From contig JAUYAM010000002.1 in assembly GCA_030693425.1 (NCBI GenBank), positions 186,949-250,948 of the forward strand: a DNA stretch of 64,000 bases, read 5' to 3'. This stretch comes from a bacterium (GTDB taxonomy: Bacteria; Patescibacteriota; Minisyncoccia; Minisyncoccales; GWA2-46-15). A program made the translations under genes and the position numbers. The notes under the pieces are model-generated. The model was not told the origin of the DNA. It did not search any database and saw only the letters and a list, made by a program, of their open reading frames with translations. Below are positions 47,690-56,482 of the stretch, piece by piece (positions within the stretch are counted from its first letter, which is position 1; each line of letters begins with the position of its first letter).

Positions 47690-47765
47690 TATTTTAGTTA
47701 ACTAGCGGCTAGCTTCTAGCGTCTAGTACTAGACGCTAATTAACTAGACGCTAGACGCTAATATA
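47690..47765. repeat. CTAGACGCTA-unit palindromic array (family C) in the rpsD–rpoA spacer
   Basis: Includes the 20-nt perfect palindrome AGCGTCTAGTACTAGACGCT (47718-47737). Confidence 0.65.
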
Positions 47766-47766
47766 T

Positions 47767-48414
47767 TTATCTGGAATAAAATTCAAAGACGGCGGAAATT
47801 TCTGCGGGCAGACTTTCTTGATCCAAAATTGGATCTGAAACCACTTTTGCCTCAAAAGCCTGGGCCTTGAACTCGAGCCAGTCGGGCAGCTTGTGTTTTT
47901 TGGCAAGCTGGAGAAGGTTTTGAAAGACTTTCTTTTTCAGCTTTTCCGGCTTTATCTTGATTTCGTCCCCTTTTTTCACCCGATAGGACGGGATATCGAC
48001 CGGGCGGTTGTTGACTTTGAAAAACCCGTGCGACACCAATTGCCTGGCCAATGCCCTGGAGCTGACTACCCCCAGGCGGAAAATGACGTTGTCGAGCCGA
48101 GATTCCAGCCTCTTGACCAAAAGAATGCTGGCGTCTTCAGCGTTGGCAGAGGTCGCCTTTCTGGCCTTTTCCAGGATTTCTTTGACGTATTTTTTGAACT
48201 GTCTCTCTCCCAAGCCGTACCATCTCTTCAATTTCTGCTTTTCTGCCAGCTCCTTGGCGTATTCTGAGGGCGTCTTCTTCCTTCTTTTTCCTCTCAGGCC
48301 CGGAGCGTAAGGCCTTTTGATCATAGCGCATTTCTGCGAAAAACAACGCTCTCCTCTTAAAAAGAGCTTGGTTCCCTGTCTTCGGCAAATTTTGCACTTC
48401 GAATTGATCAGCAT
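47767..48414 (-). CDS. rpsD: 30S ribosomal protein S4 (zinc-ribbon type)
   Basis: CKICRRQG...C...C at the N-terminus and an S4 domain. Confidence 0.92.
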   Translation of the reverse strand: MLINSKCKICRRQGTKLFLRGERCFSQKCAMIKRPYAPGLRGKRRKKTPSEYAKELAEKQKLKRWYGLGERQFKKYVKEILEKARKATSANAEDASILLVKRLESRLDNVIFRLGVVSSRALARQLVSHGFFKVNNRPVDIPSYRVKKGDEIKIKPEKLKKKVFQNLLQLAKKHKLPDWLEFKAQAFEAKVVSDPILDQESLPAEISAVFEFYSR

Positions 48415-48418
48415 TTGA

Positions 48419-48865
48419 TTAGACTCTTCTCACTTTGGGCGGCCGGCAGCCGTTGTGAGGAACCGGAGTGGCGTCCTTGATCGACAGGATCTCCAGGCCG
48501 CGGCCGGCCAAAGACCTCAGAGCCGATTCCCTGCCCGATCCAATCCCCTTGATAATCACCCAGACTCTGTTGACGCCGATCTTCTTGGCCCGGTCGGATA
48601 AAGCCTCGGCCACCTTTGAAGCGGCGAACGGAGTCGATTTTCTGGTTCCTTTAAAGCCCATGTTGCCGGCGCTGACCCAGGTCAGAACATTGCCCTTGAG
48701 ATCGGTCAAACTGATAATGGTGTTGTTGTAGGTGGAGTTGATGTAAACGCAGCCTTCGTCAATGCCCAAATTGGCTTTCTTAGACAAAGCTTCTTCTGCT
48801 TTTTTGGCCCCGGCCTCGAGATTCGAACTGGGTTCGGATTTTGTAATGATTCTTTTTTTCCCCAT
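48419..48865 (-). CDS. rpsK: 30S ribosomal protein S11
   Basis: Canonical S11 (GVVHIKSTFNNTIVT-like: YINSTYNNTIISLTD). Confidence 0.93.
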   Translation of the reverse strand: MGKKRIITKSEPSSNLEAGAKKAEEALSKKANLGIDEGCVYINSTYNNTIISLTDLKGNVLTWVSAGNMGFKGTRKSTPFAASKVAEALSDRAKKIGVNRVWVIIKGIGSGRESALRSLAGRGLEILSIKDATPVPHNGCRPPKVRRV

Positions 48866-48993
48866 CCTTCGCCCCTCGCTTCGCTCGTGGCTACGGATGG
48901 CAGGCCATCCAACGATACTCGATTACTAATTTCTCGAGTAGCGAAGGATGTCCTTCCGTAGCTTTAGCGGAGGAGGACAAATACTTTATAATT
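48866..48993 (-). other. 128-nt hairpin-rich spacer between rpsM and rpsK
   Basis: GGATGG-CCTG-CCATCC, TACTCGA...TCGAGTA and GAAGGA..TCCTTC hairpins on the transcribed strand. Confidence 0.35.
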
Positions 48994-49383
48994 TTAGGTT
49001 GGTTCTGCGGCCGGCTTTCTTCCCGATCCGACCGTCTTCCTGACGTTACCTCTGACCGTCCTGGTATTGGTTTTCGTTCTCTGGCCCCTGACCGGCAGTT
49101 TCTTGATATGCCTGATGCCCCGCCAGGCGCCGACGTCCTTCAGCCTTTTGATGTCCATCATTACTTGCCTGCGGAGGTCGCCTTCTGTCTTATATTTCTT
49201 CTCAATGATTTCCTTCAAGAGATTGGTTTCCGCCGGCGACAAATCCGCCGCCTTCTTGTCAAAAGAAATATTGGCCGCTGTTAAAATCCGCCTGCTCAAA
49301 GGCCTGCCGATGCCGTAGATATAGGTCAAAGCGACTTCCAGGCGTTTCTGTTCGGGAATGTTGATTCCGACAATACGAGGCAT
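48994..49383 (-). CDS. rpsM: 30S ribosomal protein S13
   Basis: MPRIVGINIPEQKRLEVALTYIYGIG... matches S13. Confidence 0.93.
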   Translation of the reverse strand: MPRIVGINIPEQKRLEVALTYIYGIGRPLSRRILTAANISFDKKAADLSPAETNLLKEIIEKKYKTEGDLRRQVMMDIKRLKDVGAWRGIRHIKKLPVRGQRTKTNTRTVRGNVRKTVGSGRKPAAEPT

Positions 49384-49384
49384 A

Positions 49385-49475
49385 TGTTTAGTATTTAGTA
49401 TTCAGTATCTAGTATTTAGTATTAAAATCTCTCTTCTGTCGTATACTAAATACAAACTACTAGATACAAGATACT
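49385..49475. repeat. AT-rich family A hairpin repeat, copy 5, exactly filling the rpmJ–rpsM spacer
   Basis: Arms TGTTTAGTATTTAGTATTCAGTATCTAGTATTTAGTATT and GTATACTAAATACAAACTACTAGATACAAGATACT. Confidence 0.75.
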
Positions 49476-49478
49476 GCG

Positions 49479-49592
49479 TTAGCCTTGTCTCATTTTATGT
49501 TTTCTATTGGTGCAGATCAAATAAACCCGCCTTTTCCTGCGGACGATCTTACAGTGATTGCAGATTTTCTTTATTGATGCCTTAATCTTCAT
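49479..49592 (-). CDS. rpmJ: 50S ribosomal protein L36
   Basis: [37 protein letters not shown] is 37 aa. The longer ORF-track call is an artefact. Confidence 0.9.
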   Translation of the reverse strand: MKIKASIKKICNHCKIVRRKRRVYLICTNRKHKMRQG

Positions 49593-49605
49593 ATTTCGTA
49601 ACAAA

Positions 49606-49761
49606 CCCCGCACTAATTTTACTTCTGAATAATTTAAGCGCAGTGCGCGCAGCGAATAACTGCACCCCGAACTGGAGCGAAGCGCTGCGCCCCAGAAGCG
49701 GGATGTGGCTATTCGCCACTCGCGCTTCGCGTGAAGCGTCAGGCGTAAAATTAGTGCGGGG
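49606..49761. mobile_element. 156-nt GC-rich MITE-like element with 16-bp perfect terminal inverted repeats (CCCCGCACTAATTTTA/TAAAATTAGTGCGGGG) in the infA–rpmJ spacer
   Basis: Arms at 49606-49621 and 49746-49761. The interior holds nested GC hairpins (GCGCAGCG...CGCTGCGC; CGCTTC-GCGT-GAAGCG). Confidence 0.55.
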
Positions 49762-49811
49762 CAGACCACAAGAATCTTCCGTCTCAGGCTACCTTCCAAA
49801 TATGGCTGTCT

Positions 49812-50051
49812 TTAAGATGACGCTCTGAAGGTCGATTCTCGGTAAACAATTCTTCCCCGGCTTTCGTCGTAAGGGCTAAGTTCAACCTGGACATAATCGC
49901 CGGCTAAAATCTTGATCCGGTACATCCTCAGCTTTCCCGAAAGATGGGCGATTGCTTCCGGTCCTTCGTCGAGCTTCACCCTAAAAGTCGCACTCCGCAA
50001 AGCTTCAACAACAAGGCCTCTCTTCCTAATCTTTTTATCTTGTGGCATCAA
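49812..50051 (-). CDS. infA: translation initiation factor IF-1
   Basis: S1-like OB fold: [19 protein letters not shown]...[26 protein letters not shown]. Confidence 0.92.
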   Translation of the reverse strand: MMPQDKKIRKRGLVVEALRSATFRVKLDEGPEAIAHLSGKLRMYRIKILAGDYVQVELSPYDESRGRIVYRESTFRASS

Positions 50052-50102
50052 TTTGTTGGAATGATTTTAAGATAGCAAAAATGCTGATTAGGGTCAACCC
50101 CT

Positions 50103-51428
50103 CTAATCAAAGTTAATCATAATTTCTATTTTGCCGGAATCTTTCGGCAGTCTTTTGACAAAAGAAGGGGAAATCTTTATCTTGGCCCGGGCAACCTGGG
50201 TCAGGTTCTGGAAAGTCTTTTCAACTTCCTGGATGGATTTTTCCTTCAGCTGTTCTCTGAGAAACTCTTCTTTCAGCTCTAAGTAGACCTTTCCGGAAAC
50301 CTCAAGATTCAGGGCCGCTTTCCCGGACTTCTCATCAATTGTCTGAACTAAAGGCAGGATTTTGATAGTCTCTGGCAAGGATTTTTGATCAGCCGCCAGC
50401 TTTGAGAAAAGGTAATTCTGAGCCAGCTCGTCCAGATCCTCTTGAGCCAAAAGGACCGCTCTTGTCCTTGCCTTGACCTGATAGCTGAAAGTCTTGACCG
50501 GATCGCCGGCTTTTGCCATTGATCCTTCGTCAGCAACAATCAGAGGAACGCTTTCTTTCGCCAGAACCAAACCGGCCACCGCCTTGCTTTGAAGAATGCT
50601 GTCAATCTTTGCCCCGAGCCTGGACCTGACCGCCTCTTTGGCTTTATTCAAATCTTCGGCTGAAACGACTGCAGTTTCTCCTTTAAAGCCTCCTTTCATG
50701 GCTGAAGAAGATTTAGCGTGAAAAGCGGTGTATTTCGGGGTTCCGGCAAATCCCGGTATCGAGAAAGTCGAAGGCCCAATATTGTAATCAGGTCCGGAAG
50801 CATCGGCTCTGACCTTGGCCTCGACCGTTCCGGGAACGAGCTTGCCTTTTTCGGTTGCCTGGCCGGGAACAACCGCTCTTTCAACCAGCCTGAAGAGCTT
50901 GCCGTCGCTGGAAACAAACCTGGTGGTGGCCATCAAAGACTGGCTGGCAGTCGAGTAATCATTGAAAATAGTGACCACTCCCTCGGCCTTCATTTCTTTA
51001 AAAGCTTTGCCAGTAGCTAAAAACTCTTGGGAAAGAGTCTGTTCTTCGGCAATGACCCTGCCCGGGAGGACGCGGGTTAAAGGATCAACCGTTTTCTGAG
51101 CCTCGCTGATTTCAATCTTTTCTTTTGCAGTCAGGGTTTCCGTTTTCAGCCAGACATCGATCTTGACTACCGGAAGGAAAAAGTAAGCCAAAGCTATTCC
51201 GCCGACCAACAGGGTGAAGGAAATCAGCCAAAGCAAAATCTTTTTACTCGGAAAATCCCGCTGCGACGGGACTGGCTTGATGTCGTCAACTGGCCTGTTT
51301 CTGACGACCTTCTTTGGTTCCAACTTTTCTTTCATCTCCGGCAAAACCTCAGCCGGCAGAATTTCTGGCTTCTTTTCGGAAATATCTATCTTATCTGGAG
51401 GAATAATGTCAAAGATTTTTTTAACCAT
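50103..51428 (-). CDS. hypothetical membrane-anchored protein (single TM near residue 70)
   Basis: 441-aa ORF between alaS and infA. No family recognised. Confidence 0.6.
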   Translation of the reverse strand: MVKKIFDIIPPDKIDISEKKPEILPAEVLPEMKEKLEPKKVVRNRPVDDIKPVPSQRDFPSKKILLWLISFTLLVGGIALAYFFLPVVKIDVWLKTETLTAKEKIEISEAQKTVDPLTRVLPGRVIAEEQTLSQEFLATGKAFKEMKAEGVVTIFNDYSTASQSLMATTRFVSSDGKLFRLVERAVVPGQATEKGKLVPGTVEAKVRADASGPDYNIGPSTFSIPGFAGTPKYTAFHAKSSSAMKGGFKGETAVVSAEDLNKAKEAVRSRLGAKIDSILQSKAVAGLVLAKESVPLIVADEGSMAKAGDPVKTFSYQVKARTRAVLLAQEDLDELAQNYLFSKLAADQKSLPETIKILPLVQTIDEKSGKAALNLEVSGKVYLELKEEFLREQLKEKSIQEVEKTFQNLTQVARAKIKISPSFVKRLPKDSGKIEIMINFD

Positions 51429-51510
51429 GTTAAATCATTCTAGCATTTTAACATTTAAACATACAAACACAACCGGTGAATTTTGTTAAATTGTTAGGGT
51501 GTTAAGACGT

Positions 51511-53388
51511 TTAAATGGGCGCCAGAATGGCCTTGATCCTCCGAACTCCCGCGCTGACCGCTTCTTCCTTGACGATTTTAAAACGGCCCAGCTCGCCAGT
51601 TTCCTTAACATGCGGACCGCCGCAGATCTCCCGACTGAAAGGAGGCCCTGAGGACTTCGAGTGAGCCTCAGTCGAACTCCTTGTCGAAGGGTCGCTGATA
51701 GAATAGACTTTGACCTTGTCTCCGTATTTTTCCCTAAAAAACCCGAGGGCTCCCATTTTAAAAGCCAAGTCTCTGTCTATGATTTCACAGACCACCGGCA
51801 GATTTTCTTGAATCTTCTGGTTGACCAGCTCTTCAATCTGTTTAATCTGCTCTGATGTCAGTTTCTGGTGATGGCTGAAGTCAAATCTCAAGCGCTTGGC
51901 GGTAATGTTGCTACCTTCCTGCCGTACGCTTTCTCCCAAAACCAGCCTTAGAGCCTGGTGCAGAATATGGGTGGCGGTATGGTATTTTGTTACCTCGTAG
52001 CTCTGGTCTGCCAGGCCGCCGCGGAAAACGTGCTCGCTGGCGCCTTTTGAGAGCTGTTGGTGCTTTTCCAATTCTTCCTCAAACTCCAGTTTTTCTATTT
52101 TCTGCCCCCGGGCTTTGGCAATTTCTTCAATCACCTCATAAGGCAAGCCGAAAGTCTCAAAGACGTAAAAAGCGGTTCTGGCGTCAATCTCTGCGGATTT
52201 GCCCAATTCTTTTATTCCCTGACTCAAGGCTTTTTCAAAGCGGCCGGCTTCCTCGCTAAAAACCTGGGCTATTTCTTTTGCAGTTATGCCTAGTTCCGGG
52301 AAAACATCGTTGTAGATTGCGGCAACCTCCCCAATAATCTCCTCAAAAGGAAAACTTGTCATGCTCAAATCAAGTTTTTTTAGCGCTAGCAAAGCCCGGC
52401 GCAAAAGCCGCCTCAAGATATAGCCCTGAGTCTTATTTGAGGGAAAAACGCCGCTATGGGCAATCATGGCGGCGGCTTTCAAATGGTCGCTAATTAAGCG
52501 CATCGCTCTGGTTTCTAAAACGTCTTTCCCATAGATCTTGCCTGAAATCTGCTCTAGTTTTTTAATGATCGGCCAAAAAAGATCGGTCTGGAAAATGTCG
52601 GGAGTATGATTGACCGCCGCGGTGATTCTTTCCAACCCCCCGCCGAAATCAACATTCTTTTGAGGCAGTTCTTTCAAGGAGCCGTCCGCTTGCTTCTGGT
52701 ACTGAATAAAAACCGAATTCCCTATCTCCAAAAACCGGCCGCAGTCGCAATTAGGATGGCAACTCAATCCGTATTTAGGATCGTGGGGAACGTCGGTAAA
52801 CTCAAAGAAAACCTCGGAATCCGGACCCCCGATTTCTCCCAAAGGCATGCTTTTGGGCTCGCCTGACCTTGACCACCAGTTATTTTTCACCCCGTAAAAA
52901 AAGATTCTTTCCTCCGGTATTCCTAGTTTTTTCCAAATAGCAAAAGACTCTTCGTCCCGAGGCACGCTCGTAGCCTTGTCGCCCTTAAAAACAGAAACCC
53001 AAAGATTATTTTTTGAAAACCCTAACTCTTTTGTCAAAAATTCAAAAACCCAAGGCAATTGTTCAGCCTTAAAGTAATCGCCGAGCGACCAGTTGCCCAG
53101 CATCTCAAAAAAAGTGTCGTGCCGATTATCGCCCACTTCTTCAATGTCGCTAACGCGTATTGAAGGTTGCGAATCTGCCAAACGCTTGCTTCCCGAAGGA
53201 TGCGGCTCGCCTAATAAATACGGTACTAAAGGCTGCATTCCCGAAGAAGTAAAAAGCGTGGTCGGGTCATTGGCCAATACCAAGGGAGAGGGCGGAATAA
53301 TTTTGTGCCCTCTTTTCTCAAAAAACTCCAAAAACTTTTGACGAATCTCTCGAGAGGTCATAATAGTTAATGATAACAAAAAAACCAA
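51511..53388 (-). CDS. alaS: alanyl-tRNA synthetase (catalytic plus editing domains; no C-Ala domain)
   Basis: FTSSGMQPLVPY, NRHDTFFEMLGNWSLGDYFK, editing HTATHILHQALR...CGGPHV. The probable start is MTSREIRQKF. Confidence 0.9.
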   Translation of the reverse strand: MVFLLSLTIMTSREIRQKFLEFFEKRGHKIIPPSPLVLANDPTTLFTSSGMQPLVPYLLGEPHPSGSKRLADSQPSIRVSDIEEVGDNRHDTFFEMLGNWSLGDYFKAEQLPWVFEFLTKELGFSKNNLWVSVFKGDKATSVPRDEESFAIWKKLGIPEERIFFYGVKNNWWSRSGEPKSMPLGEIGGPDSEVFFEFTDVPHDPKYGLSCHPNCDCGRFLEIGNSVFIQYQKQADGSLKELPQKNVDFGGGLERITAAVNHTPDIFQTDLFWPIIKKLEQISGKIYGKDVLETRAMRLISDHLKAAAMIAHSGVFPSNKTQGYILRRLLRRALLALKKLDLSMTSFPFEEIIGEVAAIYNDVFPELGITAKEIAQVFSEEAGRFEKALSQGIKELGKSAEIDARTAFYVFETFGLPYEVIEEIAKARGQKIEKLEFEEELEKHQQLSKGASEHVFRGGLADQSYEVTKYHTATHILHQALRLVLGESVRQEGSNITAKRLRFDFSHHQKLTSEQIKQIEELVNQKIQENLPVVCEIIDRDLAFKMGALGFFREKYGDKVKVYSISDPSTRSSTEAHSKSSGPPFSREICGGPHVKETGELGRFKIVKEEAVSAGVRRIKAILAPI

Positions 53389-53658
53389 CCTTGGTAAAAT
53401 GGAGTCCTCGGATCAAGTTCAATCGCATGGCAATAGAACTTCAGCTACGATCGTAGCTGAACCGCAACTCATCAACAAGACCTGGGTGCCTAGTGTCCCG
53501 AGGTCTGACCTCGGGACACTTTTCTTCTCCAATGAAAAAGGGTAGTTGCTTAGCTAAGCTAAGCAACTCTGTGGAACAAAAAAACAGCTATTAAAAAAGC
53601 AGACGCTGACAAAATCAAAAAGCGGGTTTCCTCCGAACCCGCTTTTTTGATTAATGAA
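53389..53658. repeat. palindrome-dense noncoding island upstream of alaS
   Basis: TTCAGCTACGATCGTAGCTGAA (53440-53461), GTGTCCCGAGGTCTGACCTCGGGACAC (53494-53519) and AGTTGCTTAGC-TAA-GCTAAGCAACT (53544-53568), ending in a terminator. Confidence 0.7.
53616..53649. terminator. bidirectional Rho-independent terminator (A-run, GCGGGTT-TCCTCCG-AACCCGC, T-run)
   Basis: 7-bp GC stem flanked by AAAAA and TTTTTT. Lies 10 nt past the stop of the minus-strand membrane-protein gene. Confidence 0.7.
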
Positions 53659-54012
53659 CTAGAGATCACTTATAGCAAACGACATGATGTCGATCTGATA
53701 CCACTCCTCCTTGATCTTACGTTCGAATTCCTTCCATTCGAATTCAGAACGAGAAAAGAGCTGGCGGATATAGAGGTACAAACAGTGTGCCTCCACCAAA
53801 AACACTGCCGTCCCAGCGAAAAGCCAGAACAGGCAAATGGATAAATGGATACCCGCGCCTATTAGAGCGGTGAGAGCGCCGACGATCGCGCAGGCGCCAT
53901 TCCACCAATCATTTGCATGGTCGGGGAAAAAAATCCCCACCGTGAACACCACGGCCCAACAGGGCAGGGCTGTCAAAATGCAAAATCGAGCAATCTTTTT
54001 TAAGGTTTCCAT
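53659..54012 (-). CDS. small multi-TM membrane protein (hypothetical), start at an internal ATG with a GGAGGTG SD
   Basis: GGAGGTGGAAAA-ATG. ~117 aa with 3-4 TM helices. GC-richer than the surroundings. Flanked by repeat islands. Confidence 0.55.
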   Translation of the reverse strand: METLKKIARFCILTALPCWAVVFTVGIFFPDHANDWWNGACAIVGALTALIGAGIHLSICLFWLFAGTAVFLVEAHCLYLYIRQLFSRSEFEWKEFERKIKEEWYQIDIMSFAISDL

Positions 54013-54105
54013 TTTTCCACCTCCAGATACTATAACAGTTTCCGACGTTCTTTGTGTCGGGCTACCTGACACGCTATCCTGTCCGTCCCCAGGAAAACTA
54101 CTCAA

Positions 54106-54633
54106 GCAGCAATTTGGCTAAAACCTAGTTTCAACCAAATTGCTGCTGATTAACTCCCGGGGAGTTTCATTTCAATCCCTATTTATCTTTCAAAGAACAT
54201 CCTTTATTCTGTCTAAATTATAGCATACATTTCTCCACCTGTCAATACTATTGCCAAAACCCCGTCTTACCGTTGCTATAGCAATGATAAGGCGGGACTT
54301 TTGAACTAAATCTGTCATCTTCCGATGTTTAACCCGAGGGGTTAAACAGTTAAGATCCAAAGAGCCCGAGGGGCTGCGGGGTATGCCAAATAATTAATCA
54401 ACGAGGTTAAAAAACTAAAATCAACAAAAGCGCCTCTTTAAGATTTTCTTTTGCTTCTTGAAGCGTTCTTCCTTGAGTATTAACGCCGGGAATTTCTTCT
54501 ATCCAGCCCAAATGCCATTTCCCACTTTTTTTATATATTGCGGTGAATTGTTTTGCCATATATTCTCATTATACGGTTTTCAACGACTGCGTCAAATTTT
54601 TAAAATAGATCTTTGTGGAAAACTTGGCTTCAT
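54106..54633. repeat. repeat-containing noncoding island between mnmA and the small membrane-protein gene
   Basis: TTGCTATAGCAATGATAAGGCGGGAC (a copy of the 35162-35185 motif), palindrome GTTTAACCCGAGGGGTTAAAC, and CCCGAGGGGCTGC. Confidence 0.6.
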
Positions 54634-55866
54634 TCAAAGAATGACTCCCCCTCCCAATAATTCTTCTCCTTTGTAAAAAACAATTGATTGGCCGGGAGTG
54701 ATGGCTCTTTCCGGCTTTTTGAAATTAACTCTGATTCTCTTTCCTGCTTCAGAGATTAGAGCCTCAACCTCTTTTTGCCGAGAACGAATCCTTGCTTTTA
54801 CTTTTAAGGGCAGTTTTGGAGGTCTCCCGAAGATCCAGTTAATCCTTGCCGCTATAAGCTCTTTTTTAAACAAATCCTTTTCCTTTGTTGTCACTATCAA
54901 GGTATTCCTCTTTAAATCCTTTTTCAAAACATAAAAGGGACCTCGACTCTGCTCTTTTGGGAAGAGATTAGCGACTATCCCCTGCCTCTGACCGATGGTA
55001 AAAAATCCCAGTCCCGGATGCCGACCGATAATCTTGCTTTTACTATCAACAATGGCGCCGGCTTTGCCTTTTAAATAATTTTTGAGAAACTCTGCTGTCT
55101 CTCCGGCCAGAAAGCAGAGATTCTGGCTGTCTTTAGTCCTGGCGGCAGCCAGTTTGTGCCTTGAGGCAAGTTTTCTCACTTCTGTTTTCGTGTAATCGCC
55201 GACGGGAAACAAAGTCCGGCTTAACTGCTTTTGGCTCAGCCGCCACAAAAAATAAGACTGGTCTTTCTCCCTGTCTTTTGCCTTAAGCAGCGAGACATAA
55301 GGCTGGCAGACAACTCGCGCAGCCCCGTCAGCATGGTCCGAGCACAAAACGCTTTTGTGCTCGGTGACGGGGCGAGCGCGTAGGATGCCAAATCTCGCCG
55401 GGATTTGGACATCTGGTGTCTGAAAGCCTTGATGTCGAGCGATTCTCGCGTAGTGCCCGGTGGCGACAAAATCAGCACCCATTTTCAGGGATTTTTTCAA
55501 GAATAAGCCGAATTTTATCTCCTGGTTGCAGACAACGCATGGGTTTGGCGTAAAACCTTGTCCTGTCCGTTCTAAGAAATAATCGACAACTTCTTCCTTG
55601 AACTCTTTCTCAAAATCAAAGATAAAAAAAGGGGCTTTAAGGCTCTTGGCCAAGATCCTGGCTCTTGTCTCAGACTCCAGAGAGCAGCAGGGATTCTCCT
55701 CCGGAAAACGGGGATTTCTCCAGAATCTCATAAAAACGCAGGAAATATCATAGCCTGCTTTTTTCAACAAAAAGGCGGTCACAGAAGAGTCGACGCCGCC
55801 AGACAAAGCAACGAACACCCTATGCGCCTTGTATCTCGTATCTTGTATCTTGTATCTTGTATCCAT
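54634..55866 (-). CDS. mnmA: tRNA-specific 2-thiouridylase MnmA (the 5' end overlaps a family A repeat; start uncertain)
   Basis: VFVALSGGVDSSV PP-loop and catalytic Cys residues. The ORF-track N-terminus MYLVYSIWYLVFVLMDTRYKIQDTRYK is a translated repeat. Confidence 0.88.
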   Translation of the reverse strand: MDTRYKIQDTRYKAHRVFVALSGGVDSSVTAFLLKKAGYDISCVFMRFWRNPRFPEENPCCSLESETRARILAKSLKAPFFIFDFEKEFKEEVVDYFLERTGQGFTPNPCVVCNQEIKFGLFLKKSLKMGADFVATGHYARIARHQGFQTPDVQIPARFGILRARPVTEHKSVLCSDHADGAARVVCQPYVSLLKAKDREKDQSYFLWRLSQKQLSRTLFPVGDYTKTEVRKLASRHKLAAARTKDSQNLCFLAGETAEFLKNYLKGKAGAIVDSKSKIIGRHPGLGFFTIGQRQGIVANLFPKEQSRGPFYVLKKDLKRNTLIVTTKEKDLFKKELIAARINWIFGRPPKLPLKVKARIRSRQKEVEALISEAGKRIRVNFKKPERAITPGQSIVFYKGEELLGGGVIL

Positions 55867-55906
55867 TAAAACAAATACTAAATACCAAATACTATATACT
55901 AGATAC
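55829..55906. repeat. AT-rich family A hairpin repeat, copy 6 (mnmA 5' region)
   Basis: (GTATCTY)n, loop ATTAAAACAA, then ATACTAAATACCAAATACTATATACTAGATACAAG. Confidence 0.75.
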
Positions 55907-55910
55907 AAGT

Positions 55911-56411
55911 TTAGGTGTAGCGGTCGGCCACGTTCGAGGCGGCAAAAGCCTCGGGTTTTAGCTTTGGCTCAAAACCGTTGCCCCTGATAATCCCGGCTAC
56001 CTCCCTGATCATTTCTCTAGTCTGGCCGGCCTCGCCGATGTCGGCGTGGATATAGCGGAACTCGTAGGACAATGGTTCTCCGATGTTTTTTATCTCTTTC
56101 TCAAGCTCCTCTCTTAAATCCAAAGCCAAATCGCAAGAAAGCAAAACCTCTTCTAATATCCTGGTTTTCCAGTTATAGAACTTTTTGTTCTGGTAATGGA
56201 TTCTTTTCAGGAAGAATCTTCCGCCCTCACCTTTCCTTAGGACAACGACGACCAAAGGAAACTCCGGCGAATCGGAAGAAGAAGAGTCGCAGCCGACAAT
56301 GACATCGTAAAATCTGTCCGGAATCTCCTGAATATAGCGGATAATCTCTCCAATGACCTGACCGAATGAGAGATAGCCGCGACTCGGATTGTAGAACAAG
56401 TCTTCTCGCAT
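55911..56411 (-). CDS. DUF458/YkuK-like RNase H-fold protein (hypothetical)
   Basis: VIVGCDSS motif. 166 aa. Confidence 0.5.
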   Translation of the reverse strand: MREDLFYNPSRGYLSFGQVIGEIIRYIQEIPDRFYDVIVGCDSSSSDSPEFPLVVVVLRKGEGGRFFLKRIHYQNKKFYNWKTRILEEVLLSCDLALDLREELEKEIKNIGEPLSYEFRYIHADIGEAGQTREMIREVAGIIRGNGFEPKLKPEAFAASNVADRYT

Positions 56412-56482
56412 AATTATCTTAAAATACCAGAAAAAGATGAAAAAATCAACGGAAAGGCGTTATAAAATCCAAAAGCTAAATC

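Noticed and set aside
48940-48975. tmRNA tag-like string GCTTTAGCGGAGG (also near 3725)
   Set aside because: No tRNA-like 3' domain or tag reading frame ending in a stop. Interpreted as a chance match within a GC-rich spacer or insert.
49479-49799. 107-aa ORF-track call extending rpmJ upstream
   Set aside because: Only the last 37 aa match L36. The upstream part is the translated GC-rich IR element.
55867-55908. mnmA N-terminal extension MYLVYSIWYLVFVL
   Set aside because: It is the translation of the family A repeat and shows no similarity to MnmA N-termini. The start was moved to the ATG at 55866, still uncertain.
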